Shown piece by piece: positions 23,906 to 36,671 of a stretch of 64,000 nt of DNA. Location of the stretch: the NCBI RefSeq assembly GCF_001194135.2, contig NC_068992.1, positions 60,447,022-60,511,021 on the forward strand, written 5' to 3'. Made by a program: the position numbers and the translations under genes. The DNA is from Octopus bimaculoides. Its lineage: Eukaryota. A model generated the notes under the pieces. The model worked only from the letters and a program-made list of their open reading frames with translations. It did no database searches and was not told the origin of the DNA. How positions within the stretch are numbered: the first letter of the stretch is position 1; the number at the start of each line of letters is the position of its first letter.

Positions 23906-24349
23906 TGGCTTGTGCGAAAGAATGCGAAAAGTGTTTACAAATTTTACTGACTACATTTTAGTTTTACTCGCTTATAAAGAAATGATATCATGTACATTTG
24001 CAGTCGAAGATTAACGTTCCAAAATAGTTCAAGTTACGGCCCTCTTCATCTGTCTATGGCAGAACCCCCTTATAAAATATTATGTAAACAAAATAAAATA
24101 TTATATAAACAATAAATATAAGTACTAATTATTTGTAGGTACGTGATACTTCATAATGAAATCATAATATACTATAAAGTATAATAAAGGTTTTATAAGT
24201 CAATAGCAGGTTCTACTGCGTTAGCAGTGAGCTTTACATTATTTGGTTAAGGTTATTCTATAAAAATTATTGCCAGCTCTGGTGTTTACTACAACGTTTC
24301 GTATACGAGACGTCAGATGTAAACAAACAATGAGATCGAAGATGAAAAT

Positions 24350-24430
24350 CGGGTAATGGGCGTATATGCCATATTTCAGTGGGGTTTTGCCGCTTCATCA
24401 GGACCCATCTAACCCATTACTCACCCTCGA
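24350..24430 (-). ncRNA. Putative minimal type-I hammerhead ribozyme motif
   Basis: Minus strand: atgggtc-CTGATGA-agcgg-caaaacc-ccact-GAAA-tatggcatat-a-cgcccat. Core intact, stem II 4/5 pairs, palindromic stem III, stem I 6/7 pairs. Confidence 0.6.
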
Positions 24431-24532
24431 AAACATTTCTTAAATATCTATCTAGCTAGCTAGCTAGCTATCTATCTGTCAGTCTGTCTGTCTATATATG
24501 TGTATGTGTATGTATATATATAAATTGTTTAT

Positions 24533-25211
24533 TCTTTTACTTGTTTCAGTCATTTGACTACGGCCATGATGTAGCATCGCCTTAAAGGGTTTTAATTGAA
24601 AATGCGACTACAGGACGTATTCTTCGTAAGCTAGTACTTATTCTCTCAGTCTCTTTTGCCGAACCGCTACGCCACAGGGACGTGAACACACCAGCATCGA
24701 TTCCCAAGCAATAGTGGGGAGACAAACAGACACGCAGACATAAATACACACACGCACGCACGCTCATACAGACAGACACAGACACACACAAGCACACACA
24801 CGCACACACACGCACACACANNNNNNNNNNNNNNNNNNNNNNNNNNNNNNNNNNNNNNNNNNNNNNNNNNNNNNNNNNNNNNNNNNNNNNNNNNNNNNNN
24901 NNNNNNNNNNNNNNNNNNNNNNNNNNNNNNNNNNNNNNNNNNNNNNNNNNNNNNNNNNNNNNNNNNNNNNNNNNNNNNNNNNNNNNNNNNNNNNNNNNNN
25001 NNNNNNNNNNNNNNNNNNNNNNATATATATATATATATATATACACACGACGGGCTTCCTTCAGTTTTCGTCTATCAAATCTACTCACTAGCCTTTGGTC
25101 GGCCCGAGGCTATAGTAGAAGACACTTGTCCAAGATGCCACGCAATGGGACTGAACCCAGAACCCTGTGGTTGGGAAGCAAGCTTTTTACCACGCAACTA
25201 TGCCTGCGCCT
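24533..25211 (-). mobile_element. SINE family B (spans a gap)
   Basis: Reverse-complement tail TTTTACTTGTTTCAGTCATTTGAC at about 24535 and head GGGACTGAACCCAGAACC...GCCTGCGCCTA at 25148-25212. Confidence 0.9.
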
Positions 25212-25246
25212 ATATATTAATATATTATTAATACATACATACATCC

Positions 25247-25309
<63 letters not shown>

Positions 25310-25991
25310 AATATATAAGCAAGAATATAATAATCGATTCATACCATGCATTGGTCTAACGAAAAGTAATCATTTTCTTTTTGTTTTTATAATTATGATG
25401 GTCTCAATAGATCGTCATTGGCATCACCACCGTTACCACCTACGCCATCATCAAGCTTAACGTCATCGCCATCCTCATCAGTTCATAATCAACAGTAGCA
25501 AAACAAAACAACATTATCCACTATCACCGTTTAATCTCTATATTCCCACTATCGCTATCACAAACACAATTATTATAGTCTTATCTGTATTATCTGCAAG
25601 CCTACATAACAATCTTATCAACAACACCTTATCATTGTATCATCGTATCTTACATCGTATTACCATCATCAGCAGCATCCACTCTTCAACCCACTGGTCT
25701 TTCTCCTCTTTCTTCGTCATCCCGGCAGCAACAGTACCAGCGACGGCAACAGCAGCAGTAGCATTGCTCTTCTAAACTTCATTTAATACGTCTGCTTCGA
25801 TTGCTCTTTATAAATTCTCGTAGTTTTTTTAAAATTTCACGAAGTCGCGTTAATTATTACTTCTCTCTCTCTGTCTCTCACACACGCACACACACACAAA
25901 CATACACACACATGCGTGCGCGTAGACACACACATTCACACACATACAAACGCACACATTTATAATCGTCATTTGTACTGTGTACAACGAG

Positions 25992-26207
25992 ATCTCAAGT
26001 AGTGATTTTCACATTCATCCTGAATGCGTCACGGCAGATTCGAACGCAGATACTCAGTTCGCTGTTTTATACATCACGAGAGAACATCTTTTCCCTTTTA
26101 CTCGGACTTTATACGCTCATAACGTTCTGGGTTCATTGGCACAAGGAATTTTTATCTTTGCTGTTACGACATGCAGTGTCTCGTCAGCCAGTAGTATATG
26201 TGCGCAG
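25992..26207 (+). CDS. Candidate coding exon with a weak Ig/beta-sandwich-like pattern
   Basis: Open frame ISSSDFHIHPECVTADSNADTQFAVLYITREHLFPFTRTLYAHNVLGSLAQGIFIFAVTTCSVSSASSICAQ ending at a strong donor GCAG|gtaaaa. The acceptor is weak. Confidence 0.35.
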
Positions 26208-26738
26208 GTAAAAAGAAGGGCGTCTCCGGACAGACCGCACTGTAGTTCTTTGACAGCTCTCCAGGGGGACTGAACCCGGAAGCATGTGATTGGGAATCAA
26301 TGCCAGACCGTTCAATATCGAAATCCTACCTCAACTAAAAACCCTTAATTTGCATCTGATATTTGTACAATCTATTAACTCTAATTTATATTTTCATGTA
26401 GTTTCCAATGAACAATGCCCGTAATGCTCAGTGCAATGTTCACTGTAACATTGTATGTTCCAATGTTTATTCGGTCACTGTGCGGCTTTCTTTCACTTTT
26501 CATGGCGATATATACATACGTAAAGATAATTCAGCGGTCTTATCATACGTGTGACATTTCCCATAATTTGTTTTATGTCATTGTTCTTGAATAACACTGA
26601 TTAACGGTTCCTTTTCCTAACTTTAAGTCTAATTTTCGCTTCCATTCGCGTATTGCTTGGTTTTCCACACTGTTGCTAATATTGTCTGGAATTAAAAATT
26701 TTGCGATATTTTGATAAAAAATTTCCTTTGATCGTCAA

Positions 26739-27230
26739 ATTATATCAAAAGTAGCCAAGCGCGTTGCACCGTCTGAAGTCATCTTTCTTCCGGTTCTTTG
26801 ATCACGTGCTGATACCAGTTCTTGTACTTAGAAGCGAAAAACTCCTTCACTGAAACTTCCACCTCCTCTGGTTTCATGAAGCGTCACGAGCGCAGGAAGC
26901 AAGTTATGGATCAGAACAAGTAATAATCCGAAGGAGCTAGGTTTGGAGTATATGATGGGCGTGGCATCAGTTCGATTCCTTCAAGTTCCTGGAGTTTATT
27001 CCGGGTCGTTTTTGCTGCAAAAGAGCTTGATTTCTGTTAATCAGTACCGAGCATTTTGCCTCACAATAGTATATATTCTCTTCAGCTCTTCGGTATACAT
27101 ATTAACATCGATGGTTCTACTGTCCTTAACTAATTCTCCTCATAATTCTATCAAACGCACAGCATTACCTTGTACTCGAAACACTCTTCTTTGCGACATG
27201 TTTCTGACGCTGGCCCTTACTTAACCAAGA
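26739..27230 (-). mobile_element. Mariner (D,D34D) transposase C-terminal remnant
   Basis: The minus-strand translation contains AAKTTRNKLQELEGIELMPRPSYTPNLAPSDYYLF (the YSPDLAPSDYHLF motif) and EFFASKYKNWY, with stops. Confidence 0.9.
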
Positions 27231-27517
27231 AGTGTTGAAACGTATTAAGGAATTGTTTTCGCTGGGAATTTTATTTGTATTGACCCCCAGCGAATTAAGA
27301 TTAAAATTATTGTTATCATAAATGGATATACCCTTCATGTACAGCACAACAAAAGCTTCTTGCATGTTTTTCTTTTTTATATTAACCCATTACTTTTATA
27401 TTAAAGTATTAGTTTTTTTATATTAACCCATTACCATGCAAAGTATATTCGTAAGTTTGTCCCGAACGTCCATGTTTGTTTTCAGATATTTAGTTGGCCC
27501 TTCTTTCATATATTCAG

Positions 27518-27635
27518 AATAATATAAGACGTTCCTTTCATACGCCCCAATTTACTCTGGTGGTGGACAAAGATTGTGAATGTATATTATATACGATGCA
27601 GGAATGCCAAGAAAATACATCTGAAACAGTATGTG
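27518..27635 (+). CDS. Candidate exon (NNIRRSFHTPQFTLVVDKDCECILYTMQECQENTSETVC)
   Basis: Acceptor cttctttcatatattcag|; donors ACA|gtatgt (27628) or TGTG|gtaaaa (27635). Its phase-0 start is compatible with 25992-26207. Confidence 0.35.
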
Positions 27636-27853
27636 GTAAAAATTACTTCACTAGCTTTCTTCTAGTGATACAGAAAAAAATAAACACTATTTAGTGTATT
27701 ACTAATTAACTAAAATGCTCTTTTTGTGTTCCAAGTTCAAATACATTTCATAAGACCTAAGTAACTCTGGTAATTGGAACAAATTGGGGTTGTGCATCAT
27801 ATATGACGCAGGGGCAGCGTAGACATGTCTGTAGATAATGTGATGCCCAAGAC

Positions 27854-27921
<68 letters not shown>

Positions 27922-29035
27922 TGATGCACAAGACAGTTAATAGGTTAAGATTTTTTAAATGAGATAAAAAAAAACCCACCTAAATTTAGAAAACAAAAAT
28001 TCCAAACACTCCTTTTGGGAGATCGTTACCATGAATTCCCTACGAGGTCGTATGACCAACTATTTTATTATTTCTCCAATATATATGCCGAGGTCTCTTT
28101 CTTTCTTTTGTTGTCCTTTCTATCAATATATNNNNNNNNNNNNNNNNNNNNNNNNNNNNNNNNNNNNNNNNNNNNNNNNNNNNNNNNNNNNNNNNNNNNN
28201 NNNNNNNNNNNNNNNNNNNNNNNNNNNNNNNNNNNNNNNNNNNNNNNNNNNNNNNNNNNNNNNNNNNNNNNNNNNNNNNNNNNNNNNNNNNNNNNNNNNN
28301 NNNNNNNNNNNNNNNNNNNNNNNNNNNNNNNNNNNNNNNNNNNNNNNNNNNNNNNNNNNNNNNNNNNNNNNNNNNNNNNNNNNNNNNNNNNNNNNNNNNN
28401 NNNNNNNNNNNNNNNNNNNNNNNNNNNNNNNNNNNNNNNNNNNNNNNNNNNNNNNNNNNNNNNNNNNNNNNNNNNNNNNNNNNNNNNNNNNNNNNNNNNN
28501 NNNNNNNNNNNNNNNNNNNNNNNNNNNNNNNNNNNNNNNNNNNNNNNNNNNNNNNNNNNNNNNNNNNNNNNNNNNNNNNNNNNNNNNNNNNNNNNNNNNN
28601 NNNNNNNNNNNNNNNNNNNNNNNNNNNNNNNNNNNNNNNNNNNNNNNNNNNNNNNNNNNNNNNNNNNNNNNNNNNNNNNNNNNNNNNNNNNNNNNNNNNN
28701 NNNNNNNNNNNNNNNNNNNNNNNNNNNNNNNNNNNNNNNNNNNNNNNNNNNNNNNNNNNNNNNNNNNNNNNNNNNNNNNNNNNNNNNNNNNNNNNNNNNN
28801 NNNNNNNNNNNNNNNNNNNNNNNNNNNNNNNNNNNNNNNNNNNNNNNNNNNNNNNNNNNNNNNNNNNNNNNNNNNNNNNNNNNNNNNNNNNNNNNNNNNN
28901 NNNNNNNNNNNNNNNNNNNNNNNNNNNNNNNNNNNNNNNNNNNNNNNNNNNNNNNNNNNNNNNNNNNNNNNNNNNNNNNNNNNNNNNNNNNNNNNNNNNN
29001 NNNNNNNNNNNNNNNNNNNNNNNNNNNNNNNNNNN

Positions 29036-29091
<56 letters not shown>

Positions 29092-29474
29092 TGTGTGTGT
29101 GTGCATGTACATGCATGTATTAAGTACAAGAATCATTGTAATATTTGCATTTCTGAGAATGTATTGAATATATATCGAATATATTGACCAATATGGTTTC
29201 CATTTTAAATACTCGTTTCGAGGGAATAGCTTTCTTGTGCCACGAATCGAAATATTTGTCACTCTTTGAGGGTATATGTTACAGCAAACCTCTTTCTCAC
29301 CCTTGCTGTTTTCCTTACACTAACGCACACATAGACACACATATATAGACACATACATATATATATAAATGAATTTATAAATGTACTAATAGATAAATAT
29401 ATGTGTATATGTCAGTATACATGTGTCTGCGTATACGTGTATATATACATGTAGATGCATGAGTATATACACAG

Positions 29475-29526
<52 letters not shown>

Positions 29527-29758
29527 NNNNNNNNNNNNNNNNNNNNNNNNNNNNNNNNNNNNNNNNNNNNNNNNNNNNNNNNNNNNNNNNNNNNNNNNNN
29601 NNNNNNNNNNNNNNNNNNNNNNNNNNNNNNNNNNNNNNNNNNNNNNNNNNNNNNNNNNNNNNNNNNNNNNNNNNNNNNNNNNNNNNNNNTTTTTGAAATC
29701 AACACATGTTTTCGACGGTTTTTCTTCTAAGTTGGCGAGGTGAGTTGAGCTTAACCCT

Positions 29759-29985
29759 AGGCGAGCCGGCAGAAACGTTAGAACGTCGGGCGAAATGCTT
29801 AGCGGTATTTCGTCTGCCTTTACGTTCTGAGTTCAAATTCCGCCGAGGTCGACTTTGCCTTTCATCCTTTCGGGGTCGATTAAATAAGTACCAGTTACCA
29901 CTGTGGTCGATATAATCGACTTAATTCGTTTGTCTGTCCTTGTTTGTCCCCTCTATGTTTAGCCTCTTATGGGCAATAAAAAAAT
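29759..29985 (+). mobile_element. SINE family A, young copy
   Basis: Near-identical to 61214-61446. Confidence 0.92.
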
Positions 29986-30722
29986 AAGACCCACTACGAG
30001 AATTAAGATGCTCTGCATCAAAATTCGAGATCAGGTAATATGGCTATACCTGCAATCGTAGGGAGCTTTGTCTCATTAGTCAGCTTATTAAGATAGTGGC
30101 TAATGAGTCGTTTTGACTCTTATTTCTAGCCATGCTGGTACCACTTTGTACCGTGAGTCACATTAGTCAAGTCAATAAATTTGCGTTGAGGTTATTAAAT
30201 TGTTAATAAGCAAATCATATTGTGTGTATATATACACACATGCATATACGAGTGAGTGGACAAACGAAAGAAGAGCACTAAACAAATTTATTAGGAGCTT
30301 CTTGGGTTTCAAGCGCGAGGCTAGTCATCAGCCATTTTGAATTTGTATGACAGAAATTGATTGTTATTACCGTAAGGTGGGTTGCGAGTGGTCNNNNNNN
30401 NNNNNNNNNNNNNNNNNNNNNNNNNNNNNNNNNNNNNNNNNNNNNNNNNNNNNNNNNNNNNNNNNNNNNNNNNNNNNNNNNNNNNNNNNNNNNNNNNNNN
30501 NNNNNNNNNNNNNNNNNNNNNNNNNNNNNNNNNNNNNNNNNNNNNNNNNNNNNNNNNNNNNNNNNNNNNNNNNNNNNNNNNNNNNNNNNNNNNNNNNNNN
30601 NNNNNNNNNNNNNNNNNNNNNNNNNNNNNNNNNNNNNNNNNNNNNNNNNNNNNNNNNNNNNNNNNNNNNNNNNNNNNNNNNNNNNNNNNNNNNNNNNNNN
30701 NNNNNNNNNNNNNNNNNNNNNN

Positions 30723-30776
<54 letters not shown>

Positions 30777-30784
30777 CCTCGCAC

Positions 30785-30866
30785 CCCCATAGGTTAATGG
30801 CACTGAAACCCAGATCACATGTTTGGGAAGCAAACTTCTCAACCACAAACTCCATGCCTGCGCCTC
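30785..30866 (-). mobile_element. SINE family B head fragment
   Basis: GGCACTGAAACCCAGATCACATGTTTGGGAAGCAAAC...CACAAACTCCATGCCTGCGCCT. Confidence 0.75.
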
Positions 30867-33189
30867 TCGTAATCGCTTGATTGAGTTGTTCTGATAGTAT
30901 AGTTTTAGCCACCGTGTAGTCTGTAAATTTGCCTCTATATATATATATATACATGTATATATATAAGCAAATATATAAACATATAGGTGAGTACCCATGC
31001 ACATATGTACAGATATGTACGCGTGTGTATATGTGTATATACGTATGTAATATTATGCATGCGTATATAGATATGATTGTCTGTGTTTGTGTATGTATGC
31101 ATGCATGTACGTATGGATATAACCATTGCTAAAGTCCAATCCTATTATAAATACGAAGAAAACTTGAAACGAATGTTGAGTTATAATTTGTTTCTCCGTA
31201 TTTTTTCACATTATTCTCTTCGTTCACACACTTAAAGTATGGAACATTTTGAGCAGACATAACACTGAAAGGAGCGCAGAAGCTATTAGAAACAAAACAA
31301 AAATCATCTTTGAAAGTCTATTTAAATACAAATACATTTATTGATCTACGACAAAGAAATACGTAAGCCTAAGAATACTTAGAAATAATATTGTTTCATT
31401 TATATAACCACAACGTACCTACTTATTTTCAAAATAAACTATCGTTAATCAATGCTTTAACAAAAGAATATACATTTACTAAATAGGATTGGCTATGGGC
31501 ATGTGTTTTTAAGCTGCCACGACTATTTAACACGTCGCCATTTTAAAATATAATTTAAAAATTGTCCCAACAATTATACCTTCAACTATATGACAATTTG
31601 CCAAATCGAAACAGAAGAAAAAATAAATACATAAACTATGATTCCTAACATAGGCACATGGTGTAGACGGTAGGTTCTTCATCGAAGCCCAATATTTGAT
31701 TTCGTCCTCACACTTTCTCGAGAATTGGTTGTAATTGAGTTAAGCTATTTATATACATATTACTCCTTTTGCCAGCAATCGCTTTTCGTTTCCATTGAAA
31801 TTCTTAATATAAACATTCTTTAATCTGGTTGTATTAGCAGTCATGGATGTATGGCTTGCAGGCTTCAAAATCGAACAACATTATGGCCAAGCCGTTTACC
31901 TGGGAATATTTTTGTCGTAAACATTATTTTGCTTAAGATTAAACAAGTTGCTTTATTTCATACTAATAGCTATGTACATCAAATTGTAGTCAGAGTTTTA
32001 ATGACATCCACGAGAGCAACTGTAACAGCAAGGAAGGTACAGATCAACGACAAAAGCTATCTTATAGTGATGCCATACTGACACTAGACATCAGCACAAT
32101 TTTGCTTCACTGCTTATGGGTAGCTTAATTGATAAAGAGCTGCTTGACAAAACACAAAACTGCATTTTCCCCTCTACCTTCTCATTTTCCATAATGCTGC
32201 ACAAAAATAAACGTTTGATGCTGGAAGGAATAATAATAATAATAATACAACGCAATATTAAAATAATCATACGGATAACATGCACTAGACGCAAGCAAAT
32301 TTATATCAAAATTATGTATCTCTAATGACGTATAAATCTAATGCTCAAAAATTCAGACTTTGGTGGAGATATCTACATGAAAGACCAACAGAAACTCGCA
32401 CAAACATTACTTCATATTGAAGATTGGACTACGAAGAGCTATAAGGTTGATGATGGATTTTACAACCTACAGAAACAACAACAAAAAAGCCTAAAAATTC
32501 AACTTGTTTCAAAAGATAGCAACAATAAATCTGGGCAATGCAATCTAGATGTACTACAACTCGGATACTTTTGAATATAGATCTGTTATGTTTGGGTTTA
32601 CCTGCAGTTAAACAATAACAACAGAAACAAAACAAAATGTCGGTTTCATTCATAACTGAACGCCACATCTATCTGTGTCTTTATTATGTATGTATTTCCT
32701 TTTCATATCTCCTATATTACTGCATCATTCTATACAATTCCAACTTTATTGACTATTATCCTAAGCAGGGAAGCATCAAGCATCAGACAGTCTGTTGTAA
32801 TCAATATACCGAATAATTGTAGTAGTCTTTCGCATTTATTGCAGATAAAACGATGTAAGATCTCTGAAAATTGACATAATTTAGAGTGTGAATCACTGAC
32901 ACAAAGAGGGAATATTTAAAAGGCAAATTCCGAATCCGGTTGCTTGATAAAAGCTTTGTATTATCCGCTGCATAATTATATTGAGGCAAAACAGACAATA
33001 ACTATAAGTAAGTGCACTGATAATAAATAATTAAAAAACACAGGTGAAAACAGAGATTGCTTATCTTTTATCTTTTACTTGTTTCAGTCATTGGACATGC
33101 TGGGGCAATGACCTGAAGGAATTTTACACAAAGAAATCGACCTTGCTGCTTATTGTTTTTTTAAAGAATGCTACCTATTATATTGCTTT

Positions 33190-33480
33190 GGGTTGCCGAA
33201 CTGCCAAGTTCCGCGGATATGTGTATGTTGTTGGCACCCTTTCGTCTCGGGAGACAATGGAGTTGCGCATAAAACCAGTTTTCCGCAGGCCTGCGCTAGA
33301 TGTAAGAAAATCCTGGGTAGCCCAGTCGTCAGGATTCCTCTCTCGACCTTGCTGACGTCGTCCAAAGAAGTGCAGCCGCTTGGTTGCAGGAGCTGCGGGA
33401 AGAGTGTCGAATCGAACACTAAACCACCTACGGGGCTCCACTCCGGATTTCTCTGAAGGTTGTCTCCTTTCCGTAACACA
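33190..33480 (+). repeat. GC-rich interspersed fragment, possibly a non-LTR (RTE-like) 5' region
   Basis: Abrupt GC-rich island with local hairpins and no convincing ORF. The family assignment is from recollection only. Confidence 0.3.
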
Positions 33481-33975
33481 GACGTATCTGCATCTATAAT
33501 GATATTTGGATTACCACACGTTTATCGACTCCGAAACTATGACTGGCATAGTTGATCATATGTATCTATCTAGATATGTGTGTATCTCTGTGCGTGTACG
33601 TCTGTATGCATATTTATACATTACGTAATGTAAATGTATAAACTCATATATATACAAATATATTTATAAATATATCTACATACTTCTTTTATATCTATAA
33701 TATATAAATATATATATTTAATACATGCTCTTTATATAAACACACATACACAATGTATGCATATATGCATGAATATATATATACATAAATGTATATATAT
33801 GTACATATGTGCACATATATGCCATGTGTATATATGTATAAATATGAGTATATATCTATATATATATATATGTGTGTGTGTGTGTATGCGTATATATGTT
33901 TATATATATGTATGTATATATATTTATATATATATATATATAAATGATATATCTATATATAGATATATATCTATT

Positions 33976-34056
<81 letters not shown>

Positions 34057-34707
34057 ATATGTATGTCGCATACGCATACACATACATGTATATATATTCA
34101 TGTATATAAAAATGTACATGTGCATACAAAGATTATATGTGTACGTGTGAGTTTGTGTGTGTGTTTGTGTGCGTGTATTTTTATATATAATTTTCTTATA
34201 TCTGTCAACACATTATATTAATTCATGTATAATTCACTCTTTTTGCGATACAAAAAACGCCATATGTATTATGTCTTTATTTTTAATCATTAGAGTATAC
34301 ATCATCATGATCACCATCATCAGACTCCTCATCTTTCTCATCCACGTCATCACCGTATTCATCAATACCGTAATATGTTATATATCTTGTTTCATTTTCC
34401 TCTTTTATGTTTCTTTTATGGTTCATTGTTTAAGTAATCTATTTTTGCTGTCGTGAAATGAAAAAAAAGGCGAAGGTGAGGGAAGCGAAGACAAACAGCT
34501 TTCAGATACTTTACTGCGTTTGTTGTCTTTATTTCTATCCTGTGTATCTCCGAGTAAACGTACAATATATTTTAATACTAGCTGTTTTCAAATATGTTCA
34601 CACATTCATTTGATAGATCTCCGTATGTAACTGTCATTATTCTGCGATGACTGAAGCTTAATCGCGCGCGCGCGCATACACACACATATACATACACACA
34701 CACATAT

Positions 34708-34793
<86 letters not shown>

Positions 34794-34886
34794 NNNNNNN
34801 NNNNNNNNNNNNNNNNNNNNNNNNNNNNNNNNNNNNNNNNNNNNNNNNNNNNNNNNNNNNNNNNNNNNNNNNNNNNNNNNNNNNNN

Positions 34887-34920
<34 letters not shown>

Positions 34921-35416
34921 TGATTGTATAAGATCTGTAGGGTGATATATGGATTCATAGAGTCGTGCGGTTATTGCAGAAAGTTCTATTAACATATTCG
35001 ACTAGTAGATCACATAGTAATCTCGGACAGAGGATTGTAATGTAGAGTTTCATGCAGCTGAAATCAAGGACATCCAAAGATATTTTACTACATGTGTTTT
35101 CTTTATTTCCTCCCTGTGTATCTCTGTGTAATACTGAAACGAAAACTAATAGATATGTTTACATATGAGTTGATTCATTGATGAAACCATGATGCTCTGG
35201 TGATGTGATGAGCTATCTTTCTTTATTTGCATTGATTTGAGAATATACAATTGTACATAGAATGCATAGGAGTGCAAACATGTAAACATGAAGAACGCTG
35301 TGGAACGGGTGTAATCTAAAAGATGACAAATGTTGAAATATATTCACTGCTCATATTTCTTCAGTTTTTATGGGTCTCTCTCTCTCTCTCTCTCACTCTC
35401 TCTATCTCTCTCTCTT

Positions 35417-35459
<43 letters not shown>

Positions 35460-35518
35460 NNNNNNNNNNNNNNNNNNNNNNNNNNNNNNNNNNNNNNNNN
35501 NNNNNNNNNNNNNNNNNN

Positions 35519-35565
<47 letters not shown>

Positions 35566-35699
35566 GCGCAAGAGGGAGATGGTGATATAGAATTAGATAG
35601 ATCATTTCGAAAGTCATTATTAGTGCTACATAAAGTAATGATCTCAGAACTGCAAGCACGCCGGACAACAATATAAAAACAATATAAAAACAAAATATA

Positions 35700-36185
35700 G
35701 TATAATAACTGTAACTGTGTGTATGGTGTCGGTTTTTATATAAACATATATATTCTCAGTTTTTGAATGCAATATTTCTCAACACCGTTTGAGATAGAGT
35801 ATTGCTGTTAGTAAGAGACATTGTTTTCATTTCTAGAAGCCAAGTGATGAAGGGTGTGTACTGCATTGCAAAGTTTCTGAAACGATGTAATATAATATTT
35901 ATTATTCTGCACGGGGTGTCTTTATACATAAACGTATATATTAAGGAGTCATTCTCAGCTTTTGTACGCAAGCCCAGCATAGAGTAATGTCTCTCAACAC
36001 CCCTGAGGAGAGAGCATTGCTGTTAGTAGGTGTCGAACTCATTAGAAGCTTTAAAACGCAGCTGAAGAAGCATGTGTAATGCATTGCAAATTGTCTGAAA
36101 AGATATGCTATAATATCTGTAACTGACTGTGTGGTCTGTGTTTATACATAAGCATATATATAGAAGTGCTACGTTCACCTAGACA
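35700..36185. repeat. Diverged tandem repeat, about 215-bp period, about 2.3 copies
   Basis: TCTCAACACC at 35777 and 35992; the pattern TTGCTGTTAGTA...TGCATTGCAAA...TCTGAAA.GAT...TATAATAT recurs in each unit. Confidence 0.8.
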
Positions 36186-36633
36186 CTCCCATATTATCTG
36201 ACAGATGAGAAAACAAGTAAAAGTAATTTATGCCAAATAAACAATAACAAAACCATATGAAAGAAATCAAAGAAAAAATTGATTGACGCATATATTTTAA
36301 TGGACAAAATAGTCTTGTGTTAAATTTTTTTATTGAATTTTCTTCTTTTTTTGTGGTGCATATTATGTTTCCATTTCTTTTTTTATTAAAGACAAGCAGA
36401 CAATAGGTCTAATTGCAAAGATGTAGATATGGTTTATCATTTTAAGATCGAAATGCATATACTTAAATAAACAATGTGCAAATGGTAGAGAGAGTTCGAT
36501 ATTATGTGACCATGTTATTTGCAGAAAATAAAATCGATCTCACAAATATAAAGGTGCATGCATACACACACACATGTATGTATGTATGTATGTACCATGT
36601 TTGTATGAATGTATGTATGTATGTATGTATATA

Positions 36634-36671
<38 letters not shown>

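Noticed and set aside
26130-26200. Hammerhead-like CTGACGA-gaca/tgtc on the minus strand
   Set aside because: It has GTAA instead of GAAA and G at the cleavage position, and stem I is only 3 bp. Probably chance.
31488-31545. CCAAT plus YY1-like (CGCCATTTT) promoter
   Set aside because: Short, AT-rich motif matches without CpG enrichment or a linked exon; too weak to call.
33310-33365. HDV-like or hammerhead ribozyme in the GC-rich island
   Set aside because: Local hairpins exist (aatcctg/caggatt, cgtcag/ctgacg), but there is no room for P1.1/P4/J4-2 of an HDV fold and no GAAA after the CTGACGA stem.
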